NCBI GenBank assembly: GCA_964549245.1
Contig: CAZJUO010000002.1
Location: 1 to 53,724 of the forward strand
DNA length: 53,724 nt
Direction: 5' to 3'
Source of the DNA: an uncultured Gammaproteobacteria bacterium
GTDB taxonomy: Bacteria; Patescibacteriota; Patescibacteriia; UBA10025; JAHIVO01
The notes under the pieces are model-generated. The model was not told the DNA's origin. It did no database searches and saw only the letters and a list, made by a program, of their open reading frames with translations. Within the stretch, counting starts at the first letter, position 1. Each line of letters starts with the position of its first letter. Below are positions 37,731 to 47,014 of this stretch, piece by piece. The translations under genes were made by a program, and so were the position numbers.

Positions 37731-37875
37731 AAATTCCTCCTTATGGTAAGGTGCGTTGTTTAGGTTTTTTAGTGGGCTGTTTTGCAGATTTGCCCAGAAA
37801 GAACCTTGTTTTAAAATAGTATATATCGGTAAAAAGGGCAATAGCGGGGGATCGGCTCTTGCGCCCTAGGGAAGT

Positions 37876-37933
37876 TTGACATATATAGAACACCTGTTCT
37901 ATAATTATTATATAATCTAGAACAAGCGTTCTA
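37876..37933 (+). promoter_or_regulatory. promoter TTGACA-N18-TATAAT with two TAGAAC-N4-GTTCTA operators
   Basis: TTGACA is at 37876-37881 and TATAAT at 37900-37905. Palindromes are TAGAACACCTGTTCTA (37886-37901) and TAGAACAAGCGTTCTA (37918-37933, abutting the ATG). Confidence 0.65.
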
Positions 37934-38526
37934 TGGCTAAACAGGAAAAAATAACCAGGCAAAAAATAGTCGATTCAGCTTTCCAAATCCTGGAGCAGGG
38001 GGGGTATCAAGCTCTGTCCATGAGAAATATTGCCAAAAAGGCCGGCATTGCCCAGTCGGTAATTTATTATTATTTTCAGAACAAAAAAGAAATTATCGCC
38101 AGCCTACTGCTGAAATTATCCGACGATATCAATAAAAAATCCCAAACTAGTATTAAGGGTTTGGACACGAAAAAGGCCCTGGAAAAAATTATTTACATAA
38201 CTTTCAAAAACGGACGGCATTTTGCTACTTCTTTCTGGGGTGACTTTGAAAACGAAATCAAGCTAGACAAGACATTGATGAAGATTTATGAAATCAGGAA
38301 TGAAATACTCAATAAATACTTTAGTACCATCACCCACGTTATTCAGCAAGGCATTCGCCATCAAGAAATTAGGCGAGTAGATCCGCGGCAGATCTGCCTG
38401 ACTATCGCCTACCAAATCAAGGGGTATGGGGTTATCCGCTGGAAAGACAACATTACCGATAAAGAAATGAGAGATTTTGCAAAACACTTCACCAATCTAT
38501 TATTTAATGGTATAAAGAATAAATAA
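37933..38526 (+). CDS. TetR/AcrR family transcriptional regulator
   Basis: The N-terminal HTH is SMRNIAKKAGIAQSVIYYYFQNKKEI. Confidence 0.85.
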   Translation: MAKQEKITRQKIVDSAFQILEQGGYQALSMRNIAKKAGIAQSVIYYYFQNKKEIIASLLLKLSDDINKKSQTSIKGLDTKKALEKIIYITFKNGRHFATSFWGDFENEIKLDKTLMKIYEIRNEILNKYFSTITHVIQQGIRHQEIRRVDPRQICLTIAYQIKGYGVIRWKDNITDKEMRDFAKHFTNLLFNGIKNK

Positions 38527-38543
38527 TTATTTTTAACAAAGAT

Positions 38544-39413
38544 ATGAGCGTTATTGAAGTAAAAAATCTAAAAAAATATTTTGGCAAGACCAAGGCGGTC
38601 GACGACGTCTCTTTTTCCGTGGAACAAGGCGAGATATTCGGCTTTCTGGGTCCCAACGGAGCGGGCAAAACTACCACTATCCGCTGCATGATGGATTTTA
38701 TCCGGCCGACCGGCGGCAGTATCGCCATACTGGGGAAAGACGCCCAAAAAGATTCTGTGGAACTGAAGAAAAAAATCGGCTATCTTTCCGGCGAATTAAA
38801 ACTCTATAAAAAGTGGACCGGACAAGACCATATTGACTTTGTCAAAAGCTTGAATGGAGACCACGATATGGCCAAGGAAATATGCGATCGGTTTGGTTTT
38901 AATCCCGCGCTAAAGGTAAAATCACTCTCTTCTGGCAACCGCCAAAAGCTGGGCATTGTCATGGCTTTTATGACCAAGCCCGCAGTGCTGATCATGGACG
39001 AGCCGACCAATGCCCTGGATCCGCTGTTGCAAAACACTATGTATGAGCTGATTGAGGAGGTGGCTAAGCAGGGCACTACGGTTTTTATGTCCTCGCACAA
39101 CCTGGCTGAAGTAGACCGGGTTTGCAGCCGGGTAGGTATTATTAAAAAAGGCAAGATGGTTGCCACGGAGAGCATAAAAAACCTTAAGGAAAAGCGCCTC
39201 TATACCATTACTGCTTTTTTCAAAGGTGCATTCGACAGGCAAGCTTTTGCTATGGATAATGTGCAGGTCACCAAGGAAATTAATGAGGGGCTGATCTTGA
39301 GCGCCAAGGGCGATATAAACCCCCTGGTTAAAAAGCTTAGCGAATTTAATTTGAGAGATCTGCAAATAGAGCACGCTTCGCTCGAGGATATATTCTTAGA
39401 ATTTTACGAATAA
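38544..39413 (+). CDS. ABC transporter ATP-binding protein
   Basis: Walker A GPNGAGKTT, signature LSSGNRQK and Walker B LIMDEPTNALD. Confidence 0.9.
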   Translation: MSVIEVKNLKKYFGKTKAVDDVSFSVEQGEIFGFLGPNGAGKTTTIRCMMDFIRPTGGSIAILGKDAQKDSVELKKKIGYLSGELKLYKKWTGQDHIDFVKSLNGDHDMAKEICDRFGFNPALKVKSLSSGNRQKLGIVMAFMTKPAVLIMDEPTNALDPLLQNTMYELIEEVAKQGTTVFMSSHNLAEVDRVCSRVGIIKKGKMVATESIKNLKEKRLYTITAFFKGAFDRQAFAMDNVQVTKEINEGLILSAKGDINPLVKKLSEFNLRDLQIEHASLEDIFLEFYE

Positions 39414-39417
39414 ATAT

Positions 39418-40221
39418 ATGCTAAAAATATTTTGGAGACAAATTAAAGACAGAAAATACTCAATAATTATTTTTAGTGCGGCCGGCGTAGCACTGCTCTG
39501 GCTGTATATATTGATGTTTCCCTCCATGCAGGATCTGGGAGAAAGTATCTTGACGCTGATGGAAGGCTACCCCGATGCCTTTATGGAAATGTTTCCCATT
39601 TCCCAGGCTAGCTTTTCCAATATTGAAAATTTTCTGGCTATTGAACAGTATAGCCTGATGGTGCCCATACTCATCACCTTTATGCTGGTAGCCATTGCCG
39701 GTGTAGGCCTGGCCGGTGAAGTGGAGCGCGGTACAGCGGAAATTCTGCTGTCCCGACCGGTATCCCGTATAGGGATATTTTTCTCAAGATATCTCACCGG
39801 ATTATTTGGTTTGGTGGTTTTTATTATTGCTTCAACGCTGATGATTGTACCCTTGGGAGAACTGCATGGTGTTGACTATAACCTGGCCAATTTTGTGTCA
39901 ATTTCTGCACTCTGCTTGGTTTTTGGCTGGGCTATCTTCAGCATGGCTTTGATGCTCTCGGCCATCTTTACAGAACGCAGCCGGGTCTATATGATCATGG
40001 GCGGTATGATGGTGGGTATGTATGTATTGCAGATAATTTCCTCCATCAGTGACAAGTGGGAAAATGTAAAGTATTTTTCATTTTTCTATTATTACGATTA
40101 TAACCAGGCTTTGTTGGAAAATACCCTGGACACTACCAATATTATTCTTTTTGTCGCGGTAGCGGTACTGTGTACAGCAGTCGGTGCATATTGGTTTAAT
40201 AGGCGTGACATGGCTATCTAA
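39418..40221 (+). CDS. ABC-2 family permease
   Basis: 267 aa with 6 TM helices. It is a paralogue of the next gene (shared SAIFTERSRVYMI motif). Confidence 0.75.
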   Translation: MLKIFWRQIKDRKYSIIIFSAAGVALLWLYILMFPSMQDLGESILTLMEGYPDAFMEMFPISQASFSNIENFLAIEQYSLMVPILITFMLVAIAGVGLAGEVERGTAEILLSRPVSRIGIFFSRYLTGLFGLVVFIIASTLMIVPLGELHGVDYNLANFVSISALCLVFGWAIFSMALMLSAIFTERSRVYMIMGGMMVGMYVLQIISSISDKWENVKYFSFFYYYDYNQALLENTLDTTNIILFVAVAVLCTAVGAYWFNRRDMAI

Positions 40222-40225
40222 AAAT

Positions 40226-41029
40226 ATGGGCACTATCTTTTTAAGAATCCTAAAAGACCGAAAAATATCCCTGGTGGTTTATTGCCTGACTGGCTTGCTG
40301 CTGTTGTGGATTTTCATCGCTATGTATCCGTTGATCCAGGAGCAGGCCGAGGGCATGATGGCTTTGGTGGAAGGGTTGCCTGAAAATTTTATGAACGCTT
40401 TTGGGGTAGATAGCGAAAGCTTTACTACCGTGGAAGGTTTTTTAGCAGCCAAACAATATAGCGCCACCTGGCCCTTGATGGTTATTCTCCTGCTGGTAGC
40501 CATTGCCGGTACGGTAATCGCCGGAGAAATAGAAAAAGGTTCGATCGAGATAACATTGTCCCGGCCCGTTTCGAGGTTAAAGATATTCTTTGGGCGCTAT
40601 CTTGTCGGTCTGGTCAGCTTATTCTTTTTTACTGTATTCTCCGTTTTTTCGGTTTTTCCGTTGGCCGCTCTGTATGATATAAATATTGATTTTTCCAACG
40701 TGGTAAAGCTGTCGATCATTACTTTTTTGTTTGGTATGGCCATCCTTAGCGTGGCCCTGTTTTTCTCGGCCATCTTTTCAGAACGCAGCCGGGTTTATAT
40801 GATTATTGGCAGTTTAATGGTCGGTATGTATATAATGAACACTATTGCCCTGATCAAAGAAAGCATTGACTATATCAAATTCGCTTCCTTTTTCCACTAT
40901 TTGGATACTACAGGGGCATTAATTTTTAACACTATTGGCACTACTTCGATTATTGTGTTTTGCTGCTGTGCGATAGCGTTTGCCATTGCCGGAGCCTGGT
41001 GGTTTAACAAGCGTGATATCGCGGTGTGA
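40226..41029 (+). CDS. ABC-2 family permease (tandem paralogue)
   Basis: Start at ATG 40226 (MGTIFLRILKDRK). It shares the GEIEKGSIEITLSRPVSR and SAIFSERSRVYMI motifs with the preceding gene. Confidence 0.75.
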   Translation: MGTIFLRILKDRKISLVVYCLTGLLLLWIFIAMYPLIQEQAEGMMALVEGLPENFMNAFGVDSESFTTVEGFLAAKQYSATWPLMVILLLVAIAGTVIAGEIEKGSIEITLSRPVSRLKIFFGRYLVGLVSLFFFTVFSVFSVFPLAALYDINIDFSNVVKLSIITFLFGMAILSVALFFSAIFSERSRVYMIIGSLMVGMYIMNTIALIKESIDYIKFASFFHYLDTTGALIFNTIGTTSIIVFCCCAIAFAIAGAWWFNKRDIAV

Positions 41030-41392
41030 GTGTTGGTGACTAGCAACTAATAATCAGCAATTGGTAGTGCGGAATTAGCTTCATATAAAAAACCCCAGCT
41101 GCTGACTACTACGCCAGGCTGGAGTTTTATCCGCGCTTGCAGTTTTTACAAAATTCATGGGGTGGTGCTGTCTGCTTCAGCTACGCCATTTTTCCGCTGA
41201 CCCGGGTATAGCGCGAAACAATACTCCGGCAGGTTCTCGCGATCATTGCTTTAGGCGAAGACCACCAAGAAATGTACAGATTTCATAATGCCCTACTTAT
41301 CCTCCTTTTTTATGGAAATAAGATCTTGGCATTAGCAATATATTGCCTGGTAAACAGTGACCAAGCTCTTTTATGATACAATACTATTATCT

Positions 41393-42589
41393 ATGGAGCA
41401 AACAATGGCAAATAAACCTCGAAACGTAAAACTTATGTATTGGTCGTTCATTTTCGGCGGCATGCTGTTTTTTTTGCCGGTGTTGGCTTTGTACTATGAG
41501 CAAAGTCTTTTTTCCTTGACCAATGTAGCCATTATTTATTCGGTGGAGGCATTGGGCATTGTGCTGTTTGAAGTGCCATCGGGGGCTTTGGCAGATTTAT
41601 TTGGCCGCAAGAAAACCATAGTATTAGGCAATGCCGTCGTACTGCTCGGTTTGGTCTTTTTAGCAATTGGGGGAAACATGTTGATGTTTATAGTATATGC
41701 CCTGCTGTCATCCTTTGCCCGGAGTTTGGTTAGCGGCTCGGACAGCGCTTTGATATATGATTCGTTGCAGGAAGCTGGCCAGGAACAAAAATACGAAAAA
41801 ACCATTGGCACGTATTATGCTATGTGGACTATCGGAGCAACTGTAGGGTCATTAATTGGCGGGCATACGGCGGCCATGGATTTACGATTTCCTATTTGGT
41901 TAAGTTTTGTGCCGTTAGTCATATCCACGATTATCGTTTTGTTTTTACAAGAGCCCGTTTACCAAAAAGCAACACACAAAAACATATTCCGCCATATGGT
42001 GCAGACTGCCCGCTTTGCTTTTTCGGTGAGGAACTTTGTGTTATTATTTGTTTCTGCTTTTATTGTTTTTGGTTTTGGTGAAAATGTTTTAATGATGGGC
42101 GCGTTATTTCTAGAATTTAAAAAAGTTCCCATTGAAGTTATCGGCTATGCCACCGCGGCGGTTACGGCTTTGATTGCCTTGGGGGAATTTTACGGGCATG
42201 AAATCGGTTTAAAGATCGGCCGAAAGAAAATTTTACTCGTGATTGGCGCTGTAACTCCGGTATTATTTTTTGCGGCTACGCAGGTTTGGCAGTATTGGGC
42301 TGCCCTGTTGTATGCGGTGCCAGCCTTGTTTTTTGGCGTCCGTCACGTGGTTATCAACGCCTTGCTCAACCAGGGCGTTGGTTCTAGCCAGCGGGCGACT
42401 ATGGTTTCGTTATGGAGTTTTTTCGGGGAGTTGGGGATTTTTGCCGCGGCCCCTTTTATCGGTTGGCTGGCGGATATATACGATATTAACGCAGCTTTCA
42501 AAATATCGGCGGGGCTATTGCTTGTAGCGCCGGTATTGTATAGCTTTTTACGGCTTAATAAAAAGGCAGCGGATCAAGGCAGCCGTTAG
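41393..42589 (+). CDS. MFS transporter
   Basis: About 12 TM helices. GALADLFGRKK matches the MFS loop 2-3 motif. The start is uncertain (GTG 41357, ATG 41393 or ATG 41405). Confidence 0.75.
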   Translation: MEQTMANKPRNVKLMYWSFIFGGMLFFLPVLALYYEQSLFSLTNVAIIYSVEALGIVLFEVPSGALADLFGRKKTIVLGNAVVLLGLVFLAIGGNMLMFIVYALLSSFARSLVSGSDSALIYDSLQEAGQEQKYEKTIGTYYAMWTIGATVGSLIGGHTAAMDLRFPIWLSFVPLVISTIIVLFLQEPVYQKATHKNIFRHMVQTARFAFSVRNFVLLFVSAFIVFGFGENVLMMGALFLEFKKVPIEVIGYATAAVTALIALGEFYGHEIGLKIGRKKILLVIGAVTPVLFFAATQVWQYWAALLYAVPALFFGVRHVVINALLNQGVGSSQRATMVSLWSFFGELGIFAAAPFIGWLADIYDINAAFKISAGLLLVAPVLYSFLRLNKKAADQGSR

Positions 42590-42633
42590 TCTTTGGTAGA
42601 GGATATAAGAGTGCGGCCACGCATCAGGAACAT

Positions 42634-43926
42634 TTATGCTTCCCTTAAATATCCCCAGTTGTGAAGCTTGTCGCTATTTTCCATCCATAGGTCACCAATG
42701 TCAGTCCGGTAATACATATTGGGAATTAGTATGTTTTTAATGCGATGGTAAGCTTGCTCTTTGGCTTGCTTCATAGTTACGCCTTGCCCAACCACGATCA
42801 GGGCCACGCCGGCCAGGCCAGTTAAGGTCCACTCGCCGTTTACCAGCTTGACATCTTCGATGTGGATGCCGTCGTAGTTTTTACCTTTGAAAACAATAAC
42901 TACGTCTTTGGAGTACACGTCAAAGGTTTTTTTGTCGTGAAACGGGTAGGGCGGGACGACCACGCGCACCCCCACTTGGAAGCCCTTGCGTACTTTAAAA
43001 TCAAACGCTTCGCCCGAAGCCAGTTTATATAGAAATTCGCCAATCGGGGTGATCATGCTTTCTTGCTGGATGCTGATAGTGGGGTAGCCAAAACGGGCGG
43101 TAAATTCCAAAGGATAGATGCCATAGCCATTGACGATGCAGTTTAAGTCGATATAGCCAACGTATTTTTCTTGGGCTAGCCGCGGTTCCAGTTTTTTTAG
43201 CGTACTGTTAAAAAGCTTATTGGGCCCTGACCAGAACATACTGGTGCCCATTTCGCCGGTAGCGGGGCCGATATTGCCTGGAAATAATTTTTTGTGCTCA
43301 AAGTTGATGTTGATCGGATAAATGAATTGCCGCCCATTAAAAAAAGCGCCGACAGCCACTTCCACACCGGTGACTTTACGCTGCAGCTGAAAAACCTTGA
43401 TTTTATTTGACCAGACCCGACGGTAAGCCTCCAGAACTCTTAATACGTCACCGCCGTCTTTTTCCATGCCCACAAACAGCAGGTTTTTCAAATTCTGCGC
43501 CTCGCCGCTGGGCTTGATAACGTATTCATCCGGACGGCCTTTGACGTATTCTATAGCCTGGTCAAAATCGGTAAACTCTTTGTAGTTTAAAATATTGATC
43601 CCGTTTTTTTTAAGCTCCTCCTGGCCAAAGGAACGCTCGTCTTCCAGCTGATCAGTGTATGGAGTCCCGCCAATCACCAGCTTTCCCTGCTGGCGCAGTT
43701 TGTGGGCCTTGGCGCCCATGCCCAGCACATCATCAAAAACAATAATGTCGGCCCAGTCCGTTTCTTTTCGCCAGTCGTCTGTTTTTGGCACAAATCCGTC
43801 GGCAATATCAGCTTGAGTTTTATCGCCGATGTAATATTTAGCTTCGTGCCCTTCTTTGGTGACCTGCCAGGCGATATCAGAAATCAGCGCGCCGTCTGAC
43901 ACGAAGAGGAATTTTTTCTTTTGCAT
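42634..43926 (-). CDS. ATP-grasp enzyme, phosphoribosylamine--glycine ligase (PurD)-like
   Basis: 430 aa with a pre-ATP-grasp N-domain and an ATP-grasp core (YVIKPSGEAQ, GYIDLNCIV). The assignment to true PurD is uncertain. Confidence 0.55.
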   Translation of the reverse strand: MQKKKFLFVSDGALISDIAWQVTKEGHEAKYYIGDKTQADIADGFVPKTDDWRKETDWADIIVFDDVLGMGAKAHKLRQQGKLVIGGTPYTDQLEDERSFGQEELKKNGINILNYKEFTDFDQAIEYVKGRPDEYVIKPSGEAQNLKNLLFVGMEKDGGDVLRVLEAYRRVWSNKIKVFQLQRKVTGVEVAVGAFFNGRQFIYPININFEHKKLFPGNIGPATGEMGTSMFWSGPNKLFNSTLKKLEPRLAQEKYVGYIDLNCIVNGYGIYPLEFTARFGYPTISIQQESMITPIGEFLYKLASGEAFDFKVRKGFQVGVRVVVPPYPFHDKKTFDVYSKDVVIVFKGKNYDGIHIEDVKLVNGEWTLTGLAGVALIVVGQGVTMKQAKEQAYHRIKNILIPNMYYRTDIGDLWMENSDKLHNWGYLREA

Positions 43927-43998
43927 GGAAGTAGGGTTAATGCTTAATAGCCAGCTACCAGTATATCCCGTGCTGGTTTGGTTGTCCAGAGGGTGTTT

Positions 43999-44538
43999 TT
44001 ATTTGAGGTATTGTTGAAATGTTTTTCTGAATTTTGCCAGCTTTGGGCTAATGACTGCCTGGCAATACGGTTGTTCGCCATTTTTTATAAAGTAGTCACG
44101 GTGATAATCCTCGGCCGGGAAAAAATGCTCCAGCGGTTTTATTTGCGTGACTATCGGTTCGGAATATATTTTTTCTTTTTTTAATTGAGCGATAATATTT
44201 TCTGCTGTTTTCCGTTGCTGATCATCATGGAAAAAGATGACCGAACGGTATTGTTCGCCAATATCATTGCCCTGGCGGTTGAGCTGGGTAGGGTCGTGCG
44301 TTGCGAAAAAGATTTGCACGAGGGTTTGGTAAGGAATAATATTCGGATCATATTCAATTTGCACTATTTCGGCATGGCCCGTGGTGCCCGTACATACCTG
44401 TTCATAGGTGGGGTTTGGGGCAGTACCGCCAGCATAGCCGGGGGTAACCTGTGTTACGCCTTTAGCTTGCTTGAAAATTGCTTCAGTACACCAAAAGCAT
44501 CCTCCACCAAAGGTAGCTTTTTCTAGCGTTGCATTCAT
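43999..44538 (-). CDS. msrA: peptide-methionine (S)-S-oxide reductase
   Basis: GGGCFWCTEAIF active-site motif. Start at ATG 44538, with an ATGA overlap with the upstream gene. Confidence 0.9.
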   Translation of the reverse strand: MNATLEKATFGGGCFWCTEAIFKQAKGVTQVTPGYAGGTAPNPTYEQVCTGTTGHAEIVQIEYDPNIIPYQTLVQIFFATHDPTQLNRQGNDIGEQYRSVIFFHDDQQRKTAENIIAQLKKEKIYSEPIVTQIKPLEHFFPAEDYHRDYFIKNGEQPYCQAVISPKLAKFRKTFQQYLK

Positions 44539-44852
44539 AAAGCGATAATAAAAAGAATAATAAAGATAAGCAAGGCTTCGATTACTAGCCAGCTGATAGT
44601 ATAAAGTGTGAACTGTACTGCTTCCTTTTTCAGGCCGTTGAGATACCACATCACCGGCCGGCCAAAGACCAACAGGCCGACGATAGCCGCGGAGATGGTG
44701 AAGAGCATGAGCATGGAGATAGCTGTCAATAGCGTATCTGTTTCTCCAAACAACCGACTGCCGTTATTCATCAGCATGGCAACTAGGCTGATATAGACGA
44801 CCACGCCGAGCGAATGGAGCAGGCTGTGGCTAATTAATTTATTTTTTTCCAT
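44535..44852 (-). CDS. small integral membrane protein
   Basis: 105 aa with 3 hydrophobic helices. Confidence 0.5.
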   Translation of the reverse strand: MEKNKLISHSLLHSLGVVVYISLVAMLMNNGSRLFGETDTLLTAISMLMLFTISAAIVGLLVFGRPVMWYLNGLKKEAVQFTLYTISWLVIEALLIFIILFIIAL

Positions 44853-45417
44853 GGGGTTTAGTAAATAATAATGAATAAAAAGTCTGCCTGAATTTTTTAT
44901 CCAGTCGGGCTTTGTATAAATAATTTTTTATATGCGGATCACGGAAATCATCCTCATCTGACAGCATAAGCAATTCGTCAAAGCTGACTGGTTTGAGGGT
45001 GATTTTTTCTCCAGCATCTGGTTTTATGTCTTGCTTACGCTCACAACCGCGGGCTATATAGGTAAAGATAGTCCAGATTATTTTTTCGTAAGGGCTGTTT
45101 TTGTTCCAGAGCCGCCAGTCGCTAGCCGTATAGCCAGTTTCTTCGAGCAGTTCACGCTTGGCGGCAGTCAATTTATCTTCGCCTGTATCTGCGCGACCGC
45201 CAGGTAGTGATATACAGGGTTTGTGCCAGTCGGGTTGCTGCTGTATTTGCAAAATAATTTTATCTCCTGATACCGGCAGAATTTGTACTGTATCAGGCCG
45301 CTGCAGCCGCTCGAATGTTTGTATGGTGCCGTCAAACTGTTTTTGAGGCCAGTGAAAGACGTCAAAGATTTGGCCGTGGAAAACTCGCGTGGCGTTTTTT
45401 GGAAGTTTTTTAGGCAT
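44839..45417 (-). CDS. NUDIX hydrolase
   Basis: Nudix box GGRADTGEDKLTAAKRELLEETGY. Start at ATG 45417. Confidence 0.8.
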   Translation of the reverse strand: MPKKLPKNATRVFHGQIFDVFHWPQKQFDGTIQTFERLQRPDTVQILPVSGDKIILQIQQQPDWHKPCISLPGGRADTGEDKLTAAKRELLEETGYTASDWRLWNKNSPYEKIIWTIFTYIARGCERKQDIKPDAGEKITLKPVSFDELLMLSDEDDFRDPHIKNYLYKARLDKKFRQTFYSLLFTKPHGKK

Positions 45418-45552
45418 ATTATATAGTCTATAGATAGTGTGGTTATTGTATGATTTTTGTCGCTCAATGGCAAACGGTAATTTGCCGAATAATTGTAAGT
45501 AGTATATTATAGAGGTAAGAAGCCTCCCCACATTTTTGGGGATTTTTTGTTT

Positions 45553-45612
45553 CGGAAGTGGGGGTTAGTTGTGAGAGGCGTGTCGGGAAGTGAGGTTTTG
45601 GGAGGTGAGTAT
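45553..45612 (+). repeat. GTGAG-rich left arm of the imperfect inverted repeat around the four-helix-bundle gene
   Basis: GGAAGTG, TGTGAG, GGGAAGTGAG and GGAGGTGAG. These are mirrored by CTCACTTC and CTCACAT copies at 46012-46076. Confidence 0.55.
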
Positions 45613-45637
45613 TCTAATTTAAAATAATATAACTACT

Positions 45638-46011
45638 ATGCCAATAAAAAGTTATTCGGATTTAATTGTTTATCAGAATTTATACAAGGCGATGGCACTC
45701 GTCCTAACTATAATAGTTCCGAATTTACCCAAAGAGGAAAAAAATGATTTAGCTAGCCAGTTGCGCCGCGCTTGTAAAAGCCCCCAGCTTTGCTTGCCGA
45801 AGGGTATGCTAAGAAAAACTACAAACGAAGTTGGAAAAAATATATAGATGACGCAATTGGGGAGTGTAATGAGATGATTCACCATTTGAGTGTTTGTCGA
45901 GACGTCTATTTTCAATACGTTCCCAAGGGCTTAAGCGACCGCTTAATAGAAGTATATAACATTTCCGGAAAGCAACTCTATAATTTAGTAAAAAACTGGA
46001 TAAGTAATTAA
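45638..46011 (+). pseudogene. four-helix-bundle protein (23S rRNA intervening-sequence protein family), interrupted by a frameshift
   Basis: Two ORFs in different frames (45638-45847 and 45790-46011) together give ...QLRRACKSP/PALLAEGYAKK..., matching the family RRAxxSIPxNIAEG core. The frame change lies at the C5 run 45781-45785. Confidence 0.7.
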
Positions 46012-46076
46012 TCTCACTTCTTATCCCACACAATTCGACTCACATCTCACTTCTAAATCCCACCACCCAAGGTGGG
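46012..46076 (+). repeat. CTCAC-rich right arm of the imperfect inverted repeat
   Basis: CTCACTTC (46013-46020), CTCAC (46039-46043) and CTCACTTC (46046-46053), then the hairpin CCCACC-acccaa-GGTGGG. Confidence 0.55.
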
Positions 46077-46087
46077 CACAGCGGGGA

Positions 46088-47014
46088 TTAGTTTTTTTCA
46101 AGGTATTCCTGGCGTGAATTGTTGTCTCTTTTTTTCTCATGCGAGAAAATAATAGTTGTTAGTATGGCATTCACATAATCCATCGGAGCATCATTGGCCA
46201 GTATGACGTTGTACGTTTTTTTATATTGTTCGAGTAGTAATTCGATATTATCATTCAAAAATCCGATGGTAATGAGATGGTTATATTTAAATCCAGTGAC
46301 CATGTCAACGTCGGCCAAATTATCGCCCAGCAGAATAACATTGGGCCGGTTTTTAATTTTTTGGTAGACAGGAAAGTCTTTTATGAGCGTTTCGTTTTTA
46401 TTCAAGCTATGGATAATCGGCTCTTGGACACCGACCATTTTTCCCTTTTGGTCCCAATTATAACGGTTGGAGATAATAAAAATATTGTCTAATAAACACC
46501 GATTATGTTTTAGAAATACCTCTATGGAGTAGTCGCCGATGCCGCTGGAGGACATAATAACTAGAGGAATATTGTTTTGCTGTAATATGGTAAAAAACTC
46601 ACGTGCCCCGGGCCGCAATTGGATTTTTCCAGCGGTCATAGCTCGCTCAATATCTTGTTTGGTCAGGCCAGACTGTTTGAATAGCGTGAAGTGCTTGTCC
46701 CACCACTCACGCATAGCCTGGCGTTTTTGTTGGTCAGTCAAGCGGGGGTCGATTTCCATGGCATGATATTTTTTATACAAAGCCTTGGCTTTAGCCGGGT
46801 AATTGGGGGTTAAATAGTTATGGTCACGCAGAATGGAGATGAGGGAGGGGATTTTTTTGCCGTTGACGAATGTCTTAGTCAAGGTGCGGTCAAAATCAGC
46901 TATAACGTGTAGCTTGTCCATTCCATCGTCTTTGATGGCCTGAATTAGTTTTTTATTATCTCGGGGGTTTTGTTGTTCGATAACGTTTTTCATGGGAATG
47001 TAATGGCGGCGCAC
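46088..47014 (-). CDS. HAD-superfamily hydrolase, pyrimidine 5'-nucleotidase (UMPH-1)-like
   Basis: IADFDRTLTK (DxDxT motif I), MSSSGIG and LLGDNLADVDM. Confidence 0.6.
   Translation of the reverse strand: MRRHYIPMKNVIEQQNPRDNKKLIQAIKDDGMDKLHVIADFDRTLTKTFVNGKKIPSLISILRDHNYLTPNYPAKAKALYKKYHAMEIDPRLTDQQKRQAMREWWDKHFTLFKQSGLTKQDIERAMTAGKIQLRPGAREFFTILQQNNIPLVIMSSSGIGDYSIEVFLKHNRCLLDNIFIISNRYNWDQKGKMVGVQEPIIHSLNKNETLIKDFPVYQKIKNRPNVILLGDNLADVDMVTGFKYNHLITIGFLNDNIELLLEQYKKTYNVILANDAPMDYVNAILTTIIFSHEKKRDNNSRQEYLEKN

Noticed and set aside
39418-41029. The tandem paralogous ABC-2 permease genes were considered as a possible recent duplication or assembly artefact.
   Set aside because: The two proteins are clearly diverged throughout and share only short motifs. 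A heterodimeric permease pair is a common, ordinary arrangement.
41150-41275. SRP (4.5S) RNA, a TPP riboswitch or a guanidine riboswitch were considered for the 41-kb gap.
   Set aside because: There are partial resemblances (GGTCAG...AAGCAG, GAACCTG). The diagnostic cores are absent or interrupted: GGAA tetraloop with symmetric loop, CTGAGA...ACCTGATCTGGATAATGCCAGCG, and the ACGR loops.
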